From: Octopus vulgaris
Lineage: Eukaryota
Length of the DNA stretch: 64,000 nucleotides
NCBI GenBank assembly: GCA_951406725.2
Contig: OX597836.1
Coordinates: forward strand, 19,468,001-19,532,000
Direction: 5' to 3'
Shown: piece after piece, positions 51,025 through 62,665 of the stretch
Numbering within the stretch: position 1 is the stretch's first letter
How the letters are laid out: every line of letters starts with the position of its first letter
Made by a program: the position numbers and the translations under genes
The notes under the pieces: model-generated
What the model was told of the DNA's origin: nothing
Databases searched by the model: none
The model's input: only the letters and a program-made list of their open reading frames with translations

Positions 51025-51406
51025 CTAGCAGTATCGCCCGGCGTTGCTCAGGTTTGTAAGGGAAATAACTATAAAGCATTTTTAGAGAGTTATAGCCAAA
51101 AAACAGCAAAAAAATGGGAAAAAATGATGGTAAATTTTTTTTTTAGTTAAAAAAGGTGGAGTTGCGTCCCCTAGACAGTTTGCGGTTTGTGTTTCTGATT
51201 CTCGACCCCATGTCGAATTTATCGATTTTTTTCAGAACTGGGGAACTTTTCAAAATTTTCGCTGCATTAGTTTTGAATTATGACATTGGGCTATGTGTGT
51301 GTCAAGTTTCATCAGAATCGGTTGAAAGCCGTGGTCAGGGTGAGGGTACAAGCAAACAGACACACAGAAACACGCACAGACAAACTGCTGTTTATATAGA
51401 GAGAGA
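51025..51406 (-). mobile_element. Non-autonomous Helitron
   Basis: Minus strand A|TCTCTCTCTATATAAA ... CCTGAGCAACGCCGGGCGATACTGCTAG|T. Confidence 0.88.
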
Positions 51407-51815
51407 TTATTGTTATTCAGTGTGGGTTAGTCTTTGCTGGCCATTGCTATCATGCTAAACAACAGGCTATATCAGATGTTATATTTTAGATACGTCCACT
51501 CCCTAAAGAGGATGAAAACCACTCAAACTACATTGAAGTTGTTGACAGAGAGACGCAACATAACAATTGAGGATATACCAAAGCTAATGATGGTGGTGGT
51601 GGTGGTGATGGGGAGACACACAGGGATTCCTGGTGTAGCATTGAGGAACAAATCTCAAGTGCAGCTGCTGGATGAAGAATCAATGATGACGACATTGAGG
51701 CTGGTCATTTTACAGGACAGTTATTGGCATGGCTTACATTAAATCCAGCTCATTATGTTCCATCAAGCATTGTCTACATCTTATTCACCTAACTACCCCC
51801 TTCCCATCGCTCTCC

Positions 51816-52064
51816 TTCAGGGTTGGTGAAAGCGATGTGGTGCACAACAAAAAAAACCTGGCTGATGACAGTCAGGGCTGATCTGGAACCCAACCTAGGC
51901 CCCCATATCTACGCCGTTCGCCGCTGGAATAAGGAGTGGTTGGAGATCACGCGGTCGTTAGCCTCAAATCGCCAGGCCTGGTCGGCATTTGTGAGAGATG
52001 CAGCATTGAGGATGAATGAAGCCAGCTCAACCCACCCTGGGTGAATGCTGTCAAGTCAAGTCAC
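51816..52064 (+). mobile_element. RTE LINE extreme 3' end with (TCAAG)n tail
   Basis: KKTWLMTVRADLEP..RRWNKEW..LASNRQAWSAFVRDA..SSTHPG*, then TCAAGTCAAGTCA. Confidence 0.75.
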
Positions 52065-52858
52065 TCGCTTGGGTAGAGAAACTGCCCCCTATTACTCCTT
52101 TGCACTAGCAGTTACCTTCTCCTTCCTTCTAGAACCTCCTCTCCCTTATTTTCTCCACACGGTTTTCACCAAACACTTTCTTTCTCTGGATGTTAAATGA
52201 TGATGATGGAACTTCATTTTTGTTATAACTTTACACCTCAACAGAGCTTGCTTCCTAGCTATATGGTTTCGGGTTCAGTCCCACTGCATGGCACTTTGGG
52301 TAGGTGTCTTCTACTATAGTCCCGAGCTGATCGAAGCTTTGTGATTGAATTCGGTAGGTGAAAGTTACTGCCGTGTGTGTATGTGTGTGTATAGCTGCTC
52401 AGTGCCTCTCCGAAAGAGAGAGAGAGAGAGATTTAGATACGGCAAAGTTTCTGAAAGAAATGGTACAACATTCCGTATTTGTGTGGAATAAAGAACTCGC
52501 TACTTGAGCCATAGCAAAACATCACAGACCAACCACGAACTAAGAGTACGTCCACAAAGAACAAAGACAGCTTTTAGTTTAGAGAAGCAAACTCTTTAGT
52601 GCCAGTAACATTTTTGAACACACCCTGCCTTATTCATTGTTTATAAAAAGCAGTCTACTTAAGTGCTCAGTTCATACATTTTTTTTTATATCTGTTTTAG
52701 GAATTCTTCCTGTGTGCCCTTCCTCTCTTACTAACAACAAACTAAATTATTGCTCACCTATATATAATACAACTATTGTATATACAATGAGTATACACAC
52801 TCACACACATACACAAACTCAGCAATTATAACATGCATATGTAACACTCACACATGTG

Positions 52859-52906
<48 letters not shown>

Positions 52907-53090
52907 TGACAAACAGATACACATACATACAGCAGTGGTTAAGAAGTCCATTTCCCAACCACATTCTTTTGGGTTCGATCCCAATACATGGCACCATGGG
53001 CAAGTATCTTCTACTATAGCTCCAAGACAAAACAATGTACATGATAACACTTCCAATCAGTTAAGATCAGAAGCCATGAAAGCCACTGCC

Positions 53091-53970
53091 TATTATTATT
53101 ATTATTATTCAGTAGTTTTATTTTTATAGCGTGCTTTCACTTCACTACCGAGCGCAGCTCTGCGTGCCTTGGGTATGTGCTGTGATTTGTTGTGATGCTC
53201 TGATGGTTATTGTATGGAAAGTGTTCTGCGTAGGATGTGTGCAGTGCCTAGTAGTGCAATTTTCTGTATGTTATATGTGTTTGTAAGTCCTGGTGTTTTT
53301 GTTATGTATTTGTCTGAATATTTTTTTATCATGCCTAATGCACCTACTATGATAGGAATTGTTTCTGTTTTCAGATTCCACATTCTAGTTACCTCTATTT
53401 CCAGGTCTTTGTATTTTGAGAGTTTCTCCATTTCTTTTAGAGACACGTTGTCATCTGCCGGTATTGATACATCAATTAGAAAGCATTTTTTTCTTCATGA
53501 TCTCTGACAACTATATCTGGTCTGTTGGCCTTAATTTCTTTATCTGTGTGTATCGGCATATCCCAGAGTATGGTTGCTTTCTCGTTTTCTGTGACCTTTT
53601 CTGGTGTGTGCCTATACCATCTTTTTTCTGTTGTTATTCCATAATGTTGGCATAGCTTCCAATGTATGTAGGTTCCAACTCTGTCATGTCTGTGAATATA
53701 TTCCTTCTTAGCCAGGACTGGGCAGCTAGAGATAATATGATTTATTGTTTCTTGTCCATCTCCATATATTCTGCAGTTACTTGTAATATTTCTTTTCATT
53801 ACATGTTTTTGGTAATTTCTGGTGGGGAGGCTTTGGTCTTGTGCTGCAATTAAAAATCCCTCTGTTTCTGCTTTGAGTCCTGAGCTTCTCAACCATTGCT
53901 GGGATTTTTCTTTGTCTATTTCTTTTGCGTTTAGTTTAGTGCAGTATTTACCATGAAGGGGCTTTTCTTT
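53091..53970 (-). mobile_element. 5'-truncated R4/Dong-clade retrotransposon (zinc knuckle plus restriction-like endonuclease) in (TAA)n
   Basis: PLHGKY..LKAETEGFLIAAQDQSLPTRNY..CRIY..ETINHIISSC..YIHRHDRV..RPDIVV..(frameshift)LIDVSIP..EKLSKYKDL..PIIVGALG; short 3' UTR; TAA repeats on both sides. Confidence 0.92.
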
Positions 53971-54653
53971 ATTATTATTGTTATTGTTATTATTTATTAT
54001 TATTATTATTTATTATTATTATTATTATTATTTATTATTATTATTTAGCATATTCTGGGCAAAATGCTCAGTAGCATTTCATATCTTTATGTTCTGAATT
54101 CAAATTCCAATAAGGTCGACTTTGCCTTATATTGTTTTGAGGTCAGTGTAATTGACTTACACCTTCCTCTGAAATTGCTGGCCCTGTGTCAAAATTTGAA
54201 ACCATTATTATTCATCTTCATCATCATTTAATACCTGTTTATCCATGCCAGCATGGGTTGGACAGTTTGACCAGGGCTGGCAAGCTGGAAGGCTGCACCA
54301 GACTCCAGTTTCTACGGCTGATGATGGTGGTCGTGATGGGGACACACAGAGAGGGAATCCTGATGCAGCATTGTGAAACACATCTGAAGGGCAGCTGCTG
54401 GAAGATGATGACATTGGGGTTGGTCATTTTGCGGGACAGTTATTGACATGGCTTGCATTAAATCTAGCTCATTGTGTTCCATCAAGCATTGCCTACATCT
54501 TATTCGCCTAACTACCCCCTTCCCATTGCTCCTCTATCTGTGGAATTACTTGGTGGCTGTAATCGATTGGGAGAGAAATGGCACATTACTGCCCCTCAAC
54601 ACCTCCTTTGCACTGCCAGTTAGCTCCACCCTCCCTCTGGAATCTCTGCTTAT

Positions 54654-55037
54654 GGAAGCACTCCATTGGTTACGACGATGAGGGTTCCGGTTGATCCGAA
54701 TCAACGGAACAGCCTGCTCGTGAAATTAACGTGTAAGTGGCTGAGCACTCCACAGACACGTGTACCCTTAACGTAGTTCTCGGGGATATTCAGCGTGACA
54801 CAGAGAGTGACAAGGCCAGCCCTTTGAAATACAGGTACAACAGAAACAGGAAGTAAGAGTGAGAGAAAGTTGTGGTGAAAGAGTACAGCAGGGATCACCA
54901 CCATCCCCTGCCGGAGCCTCGTGGAGCTTTAGGTGTTTTCGCTCAATAAACACTCACAACGCCCGGTCTGGGAATCGAAACCGCGATCCTATGACCGCGA
55001 GTCCGCTGCCCTAACCACTGGGCCATTGCGCCTCCAC
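54654..55037 (-). mobile_element. Full-length tRNA-derived SINE with 13-bp TSD
   Basis: AATCTCTGCTTAT at 54641-54653 and 55038-55050; head GTGGAGGCGCAATGGCCCAGTGGTTAG and B box GGTTTCGATTCC; CpGs retained, so probably young. Confidence 0.9.
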
Positions 55038-55239
55038 AATCTCTGCTTATAATATGGAGGGGAATGGGTTCAGTAGTCGTAGGTCAGCAGCTTATGATTT
55101 TCCGTGGCTGGATGCCCTTCCTGTTTCCAAGAAAGGTGATAATTCCTCATATTCTAGACATGGTTATACATTATGGTTTTTAATTTTGTTTTATTTTGGT
55201 ATTGTTTTTTACTGAATATTTTTTAAATCTAAATTCCAG

Positions 55240-55309
55240 GCACATGTTTCTTTGTAAGATATTCCAAGCATGGAGATCTGCAGTCCAGGAAGTACGGTTG
55301 AATGTCAAG
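55240..55309 (+). CDS. USP44: USP44/USP49-like deubiquitinase exon
   Basis: CAG|...|GTATAA; (R)HMFLCKIFQAWRSAVQEVRLNVK resembles the RRILMGKIFRTW segment of USP44 as I recall it; phase 0 into the next exon. Confidence 0.75.
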
Positions 55310-55707
55310 GTATAATATTCTATATTTTTTGTCTTTTTTTCATTTACTTTTGGTTATTTTTTTTCACTGATTTCAGTCAATTTTGAACTGTGGTCATTCT
55401 GGAGCACTGCTTCAGTAATTGAACTTAGAGAGCATTTCCTTCCTAACACAACTATACATGCCAATCCTAGTTACTAGTTTGTGTTTATGCACGGCTGTGT
55501 GGTTAAGAAGTTTGCATTCCAACCACATGGTTTCTGGTTCATTTCCACTGTATGGCATCTTGGACAAGAGTGTTCTACTAATAACCAGCTTAAGTGAAAC
55601 TGATGTGGACAACCAACTAATGTGGCACATCTGTGGACCAGCAGCTTAGGTGGTACAACTGTGGATCACATTTTCATTGATATTGAAATCTTTCTTCTGT
55701 ATTTCAG

Positions 55708-55820
55708 GATGAAGTAAATAAATCCAAGTTTTCTACAGAGAAGGCACTGATCCCTGGAGTAGTTGGTCTGAGGAACCTCGGAAATACGTGTTACATGAAT
55801 TCTATTCTTCAGGTTTTGGG
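55708..55820 (+). CDS. USP44: USP44/USP49-like exon containing the catalytic Cys-box
   Basis: TTTCAG|[38 protein letters not shown]|GTAAGT. Confidence 0.95.
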
Positions 55821-56230
55821 GTAAGTTGCACCATTTTCTGTTAATATACAAATGATATTGAACCTCTGATGCTAGTGGTGTTCCCGTCCCTAAATGTTGA
55901 TTTTTCAATAATCTAAGAAGATATTACCACAGTCAAACCAAAATGACATTGTGCTTATGTTCCAAACTCTACTCTTTTACTTGGTTTCAGTCATTTGACT
56001 GCGGCCATGCTGGAGCACCGCCTTTCTAAATATCTCAAAGAGATTATAAGCAGTGGTGGAACGATAGAGCTGTTGTATACTGTCAACTTAACGTGACAGC
56101 TCCATAAAGGGAATCACACCACCGCTATTTAGCCTTTGGAAGCATCAACGCTTTCTGCTGGCTTTGACACATTTCCTGTGTCCTTATGTTTACAAAGGGG
56201 AGACAAGCACCCCCAACAGCTAGGCCTGCA

Positions 56231-56272
56231 TCCAGAGACATGTTTCTGAGTCTTGCTCATCATCAGTCTGGA
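56231..56272 (-). ncRNA. Minimal type I hammerhead ribozyme motif
   Basis: Minus-strand RNA UCCAGA-CUGAUGA-UGAG(CAAGA)CUCA-GAAA-CAUG-UC-UCUGGA: intact core, perfect stems I and II, palindromic stem III, GUC cleavage triplet. Confidence 0.8.
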
Positions 56273-56368
56273 GCAGCAAGTTATTTTACTAAATTCTTCA
56301 TAATTTTAAATGTTAATTGAAACAAAGGCAGTGTATTGCACCAGAAATATGGTAATGAAAGCATTTAA

Positions 56369-56798
56369 CCCTTTAGCATTTAAACCAGCCATATCCGGCC
56401 AAAAGTATTCTGCTTCTTTTATGTTCAAACTGGCCAGATCTGGTCTCTCACACCAACCCTACAATATCGTCTTAAAAATTAACAGCTACCTCATCAAAAT
56501 CTCATAACTACAAGATAATGCATGGTTAGTTCAAAACAATGTGGATAAAAAAGCACTTGTTTTGGCAGAATAATGCGATCACTAAAGGATTAAACCAGCC
56601 ATATCCAGCCAATATATTCTACTTGTTTTATGTTCAGACTGGCCAGATCAGGCATCTCACATCTACCCTACAATGCCATTCTAAAAGTAAACTATCACAT
56701 TATCAAAATTTTGAAGTTTCAGGATAATTCATGATTAATTCAAAACATTGTGAATAAATAAGCATTATATCTGACAGAGTATTCTGAATGCTAAAGGG
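56369..56798. mobile_element. Nested piggyBac-type MITEs
   Basis: Inner copy 56369-56589 lies between TTAA sites; the older host copy resumes at 56594 and ends CTAAAGGG|TTAA at 56798. Confidence 0.7.
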
Positions 56799-57219
56799 TT
56801 AAATCTCCTTCAAATCATCTTATCATTTCTATCTAACCCATGCAAGCATGGAAAAGTGAATGTTAAACTGATGTGTATGGTAACAAAGACTTCATCTTTT
56901 TCTTCCACATATCTGCTGAAATACACTGCTTTTGTTTCAATGCATTTTGAAAATAAGCGAAAGTTCAGTAAAATACCCTTGTTATCATTATTAAGCTGGT
57001 GTTTAAAACATAAATTAACTTGAAAATTTTAATGGGAAAAGGTTTTAATTAATATCATTTTAAAACAAGATATTTCTATCTCAAGAACCAAACGACAGTG
57101 TCAGGTGAGTTGGTATTTAAAACTGCAACACAGTTGTCTCCCTGGACAGCACTATTTGATGATATTCTCCTGTCATCTTATTCATTCCTCAATTTTAATA
57201 ATAGTGACAAAAAAGTTTA

Positions 57220-57990
57220 TAGAAAAGAATAGATCAACAAATGTTATATGCTATAATGCTCCATTTTCATATTTAATAGCTTCTAATAACCCTCATAAAT
57301 TCTTTGCAGCACTAGATAGGTATTTCCTACCTTCAAGTAAATATTGGAAATTATTTAATTGACATAGTGTTATGCTTTCATATTCAACCACTAGAAATAT
57401 AGCTGAGATTATTGCAGCCCAAAATAAACAGAGAATTTGAGGATATCTAAATTATAAATTTCTAAATAATTTTAGAACTGATGTATAGTGAAATGGATGT
57501 TATTTATAATCATTTGGAACAAGATTTAGATTCTATAATTGATCAAAATGCTGATAATATAGTTAGTTAGTCTTTTACTTTGTATTAATATTAATTCTAT
57601 TCATAATAGTAATTATAACTACGAGGGCAATTTACAAGTGAACAAATTCATGTGTAATTCTGTAAACAAACTCGATGCCCTTTAGGAAATTAGTGCTTAA
57701 AGAAGAATTTAGTGTGAAGTAATAACTAAATATCATAAGTACTGATATATATTGGTTCTTCTACTACTAGTTGGAAATACAGATTCTATAATCATTCTAA
57801 TTCCTTTAAATATCAAAGAAAATGTAATTCTACTAATCTTAGTAAATGCATTTGGAATTTGAAGGATAAGAATATTAAATATGATTTAAAGTGATCCATT
57901 TTTAGTTATGCATCATTGTGTAATATTGGTAATTCTACTTGTGATCTTTGCCTTGAAGAATTATATTTTATAATTACTTCTAAATTAATT
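57220..57990 (+). mobile_element. Penelope-like (Naiad-like) element C-terminal part with GIY-YIG, intronic
   Basis: NVICYNAPFS..FFAALDRYF..KLFN*HSVMLSYSTTRNIAEIIAAQNK..CPLGN*C..YIGSSTTSWKYRFYNHSNSF..TNLSKCIWNLK..CDLCLEE. Confidence 0.85.
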
Positions 57991-58052
57991 TTAGTGAACT
58001 TTAATGGGCACTTAACTTTAAAATTTCAGGCCTTGTGCCCTTAGTAGAAAGG

Positions 58053-58311
58053 ATTATTATTATTATCATTATTATTATTATTATCATCATTATTATTATT
58101 ATTATCATTATCATTATTATTATTATCATTATTATTATTATTATCATTATTGTCATTATTATTATTATTATCATCATTATTATTATTATCATTATCATTA
58201 TTATTATTATCATTATTATTATTATTATCATTATTGTCATTATTATTATTATTATCATCATTATTATTATTATTATCATTATCATTATTATCATTATTAT
58301 TATTATTATTA

Positions 58312-58342
<31 letters not shown>

Positions 58343-58405
58343 CATCATCATTATTATTATCATCATCAATCATCATCATCATCATCATTATTATCATTAT
58401 TATTA

Positions 58406-58440
<35 letters not shown>

Positions 58441-58445
58441 GTTAT
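58053..58445. repeat. (ATT)/(ATC) compound trinucleotide repeat
   Basis: Seen directly; a second (TTA)n tract lies at 58835-58980. Confidence 0.95.
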
Positions 58446-58996
58446 AAAAGTGGTGAGCTGGCAGAATTGTTAGCATGCCAGACAAAATGTTAAGCTACAT
58501 TTCATCTGTCCTTATGTTCTGAGTTCAAATTCTGCCAAAGCCAACATTGCATTTCATCCTTTCAAGCTCAATAAAAAAACCAGTTGAACCCTGGGATCCA
58601 TGTAATCGACTTACTCCCTCCCCTTGTCCCAACATTTGAAACCATTATTATTAACCTTTCGAAGCGCCTCCCCCTATTGGGAGTTTTAATTGTTACTTAT
58701 ATTTCGTTGTTATCCTGCTTTTGTACACGGACCTTTTTCAAACGGACAAAACCCTTTCTAACTTTCGTCCTGTGTTTTGTCCCTTTATGTTTTAATTGAT
58801 TTTTGTTAGCCCTTGTGGCCAATAAACGAACAAATTATATTATTATTATTTATTATTATTTATTATTATTATTATTATTATTCATTATTATTATTTATTA
58901 TTATTATTATTATTATTTATTATTATTATTATTTATTATTATTATTATTATTTATTATTATTATTCATTATTTATTATTTCTGTTTTGACGTTCAG

Positions 58997-59162
58997 GCAT
59001 CTGGACAAGTTTCGTCACTTTTTTGTGAGTATGCCCGTTAGGTCGCTGACCTCTGCCCACTCATGTTGTCACTCATGGCCTCACAACCAGGTCACCACAA
59101 ACACTGGTCAAAGCTGTAGCAGCACAAACAGCTCTCGGAACCGGAATACTGAGAGCTTGCAG
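58997..59162 (+). CDS. USP44: USP44/USP49-like exon
   Basis: TTCAG|G-HLDKFRHFFVSMPVRS...NTESLQ|GTAAGT; completes QVLGHL (compare QVLSHL); phases 2 to 0. Confidence 0.9.
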
Positions 59163-59401
59163 GTAAGTTCTTGTAACTATTGTTGTTGTACACTACACTG
59201 CATGTGACTAGCACCTTTGGGTACTAGTTGCATGCCAATATATTTGTAGTGGACACTGTCTTAACTGTGTGGACACTTGGGTAACCCTTTGCCTGTCCTG
59301 TGTACCACGTATGTTACACAGGACATATTTCCCTAACATCCATGCATCATATATGCCCCCAACCACCAGAGTAACTTGGGACTTACAAAAGGAAAACTTT
59401 G

Positions 59402-59807
59402 GGATCTTTTCGGTTTGACCGGCAGTTTTTTAAAAATAATTTCTACGTAACTAAACACTTTTAAACTTCGTATAGAATGTGTTTATAAAATATCTTTTTC
59501 TCTTGGCTTTATTGAGAAAATTCTATAGTTTGTAAGATATTTGTTGCTTTTTTTTTTCTGCAATTTCAACCAATCAATGACGTCTATTGAGGTGAAAACA
59601 TTCTGTGCTGTATGAATATGTCCCTAGTTTAAGAAACAGATTGGGTTTATTTACATTTCTGAAGAAAAAAAAGATACCCTTCCCCCACCCCTAACCGTAA
59701 CCCTAGAACAGATTGAAATGCAATAGATCGATACTAGGGTCATAATTATGGGTGACAATTTCATATGACACAGCTAGAAAAAACTGCCGGTCAAACCGAA
59801 AAGATCC
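59402..59807. mobile_element. Non-autonomous TIR element with 8-bp TSD and internal telomere-like repeats
   Basis: TIR GGATCTTTTCGGTTTGACCGGCAGTTTTTT; TSD AAACTTTG at 59394-59401 and 59808-59815; CCCTAACCGTAACCCTAG at ~59689-59706. Confidence 0.9.
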
Positions 59808-60529
59808 AAACTTTGTATTACTTGGAACGTATGTCTACAAGGGCCAACTAAAAGCAGGGAAATTGAGGGCAAACTTATAAAAATACTTTGGATAGGCAAG
59901 GGTTAAGTTGCTATTGGTGAGTGACAGAAATAAAGATACAGAATGGGTTTTCATTAGTATATGAAGATTAGGGTTAGGGATTGCTGGGAATGGGGCTGGA
60001 AAAGGGATGTGCCCACGGTCTTTGAAAGCCCTCTGAGACAGTGAGACAGTTATGTCATTGATATTTCACTTGAAGCATCATTTGTATTACTTGAAGTAGG
60101 ATATTATGGCTAGATGCTCTTCCTGTTGCCAGCCCTTCATTGGTTTTTCAGGTAAGGGATTTCTTTATTCCAGAGGTCTTTGAAAGTGTTGGTTGTATCA
60201 GGGCTATAGTAGATGTTACTAACCAAAGATGCCATGCAGTCGGAGTGAACCCAAAACTACATTGTCACAAAGCAACCTCCTTAGTCATACAGCCATGCTG
60301 TAACCTTCAGTTACCATATTTTTGTTGAAAAATATTTCAATTAGTTTTGACACAAAATTTTACTAAAACACAGCTTTGTCATGATTAAACTGGTAATTGA
60401 AGCATAAATTAACATGAATTGTTGATGGAAGGTTTTTAGACCATAGTAAAACAGAAAGTGTGAATCTCAGAACCAGAAGACGGTTTCAGTAGAGTTATAG
60501 AATGCTTAGACTGATATAGTCATACAATA

Positions 60530-60893
60530 TTCTTTTCTTTACTCTTTTACTTGTTTCAGTCATTTGACTGCGGCCATGCTGGAGCACCGCCTTCAGTCAA
60601 GCAAATCTACCCCAGGACTTATTCTTTGTAAGCTTAGTACTTATTCTATCAGTCTATTTTGCCGAACCGCTAAGTTACGGGGACGTAAACACACCAGCAT
60701 TGGTTGTCAGGCGATGTTGGGAGGCAAACACAGACACACACAAACACATACACACACACACACATATATATACATATACATATATACGATGGGCTTCTTT
60801 CAGTCTATTTTATAATCATTCCACACTGTGGGACTGAACCCAGAACCATGTGGTTGGTAAGCAAGCTACTTACCACACAGCCACTCCTATGCC
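60530..60893 (-). mobile_element. SINE family A with internal deletion
   Basis: Reverse-complement match to family A. Confidence 0.8.
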
Positions 60894-61102
60894 TATTATT
60901 GAAGAATTTGTATCATAGAATTGGGGGAAATTTTGAGTGGGTAAGTATCAAAGGGTTAAAACACCTGTGAATGTAGAAACACAATGTTTGTTAATTAAGG
61001 TAATTAATATAATTTAATTACATCTATTTATATATTTCATGATTTCCTATTTTTATTTATTCAATTCATTTCTTTTTGCATTCTTTCTTCATTTGTTGTT
61101 AG

Positions 61103-61233
61103 CTGCTGCGTAAATGTCCACTGAAAGGTGGCTTGAATGGTGGTGCTACTCAACAGAAACCATTACCTCCCAGATTACTGCCTCTTTCACCCTCCTCAAG
61201 CCACCACAAGCTGGCCAAATGGGAGAAGTCAGT
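61103..61233 (+). CDS. USP44: USP44/USP49-like exon (insert region)
   Basis: TTAG|LLRKCPLKGGLNGGATQQKP...KWEKS-V|GTAAGT; the GLNGG motif recalls USP44/49; phases 0 to 2. Confidence 0.85.
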
Positions 61234-61976
61234 GTAAGTTGAGTCTTATTAATTCCCTTTTTATTCCTGTTCTCCATATTCTCCCTCCACCTGTTTTGGC
61301 TGATATTTAGCAAGGGCTAATTACTGACATCATATTGTTACCAATTAGATCGTATTTAAATATTAGCTTACAAAATTACATTGTTAATTAGTCTCTTATC
61401 GGAATTCTGTATTGTATTTTACCATAATCAACCACAGCCATGGCAGTGTGGTTTAGAAGTTTGCTTCCGAACCACATAATTTCAGTCCCACTCTGTGGTG
61501 CCTTTGGCAAATATCCCTTATGAGATTCCCAGGCTAACCAAAGTCTTGTGAGTGGATTTGGTAGACAGAATCTGAAAGAAGCCTGGGCATGGCTGTGTGG
61601 CTAGGGAGCTTGCTTCCTAGCTATATGGTTTCGGGTTCAGTCCCACTGCGTGGCACTTTGGGTAGGTGTCTTCCACTATAGCCAGGAGACGACCGGAGCT
61701 TTGTGATTGAATTCGGTAGGTGGAAGTTACTGCCGTGTGTGTATATGTGTGTGTAGGTGCTTGTGCCTCTCTGAAAGAGAGAGAGGGATATATAAAATAT
61801 GAAGTAGAGATAAAACCACTATTATGCAACTCAAACAGTGATAGACATAAACCAATACATGATATTTTGATTATATTTTTATAAAAATTAATTCATATTT
61901 TATATATTTATACTGTGAAATTTGATTTAATACTAAATCTAATTTTTCCCTGTAAGTTTGGAGCCATACTCCCTAA

Positions 61977-62038
<62 letters not shown>

Positions 62039-62515
62039 ATGTTCATATTTCCTTGTCTTGGTATTGCATGTTAGTTGTAAACAAGTGTTGCAGTTATACT
62101 TGTGGTGCCATTCATTTGCAACCTTCTGTGAGAACTGCTGCTGGTGCCACATAAGATGCACCCAGCACACTCTGCTCTCTACTTTACCAGATGTAATAAC
62201 TTGTCCTGAACTTTTCCATGTTCATAAGCTTAAGAATATTATTTCTCTTGCTCACATTTTCCCATGTAATATTACTTATCTTGGAAACAGGGGAGGATTT
62301 TGGCTACAGGGAAGAGCATCTGGTTGTAGAAAATTGTATCTCAGTAAATTCTGAACAGCCCATGCAAGCATGGAAAAGTGAATGTTAAACCAAGGATGTT
62401 GATGTTGTTATTGCTGCTGTTGTCTTCTTCATTGCTTCTGTTACTATTAAACAATTAAGCATTGACTTGTAGTATTCTAAACCTGATTCTCTATTGTATT
62501 AAACCTTCATTTCAG

Positions 62516-62665
62516 CTCCCTTTGTGAAGAACTACGGTCTCTATTCCAAGCTCTCTGGTCTGGCCAGTCATCCGTTGTCAGCCCAAATGCTTTACTTCAG
62601 GCTGTCTGGGATTATATTCCAGCTTTCCAAGGTTATTCACAACAAGATGCACAAGAGTTCTTGAG
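62516..62665 (+). CDS. USP44: USP44/USP49-like exon containing the QQDAQEFL box; gene continues beyond the window
   Basis: TTTCAG|[49 protein letters not shown]|GTAATA, compared with [31 protein letters not shown] of USP44/49. Confidence 0.95.

Noticed and set aside
54960-55037. tRNA-like sequence (also 44180-44248)
   Set aside because: It is the head of a SINE continuing into a body and bounded by TSDs, not a stand-alone tRNA gene.
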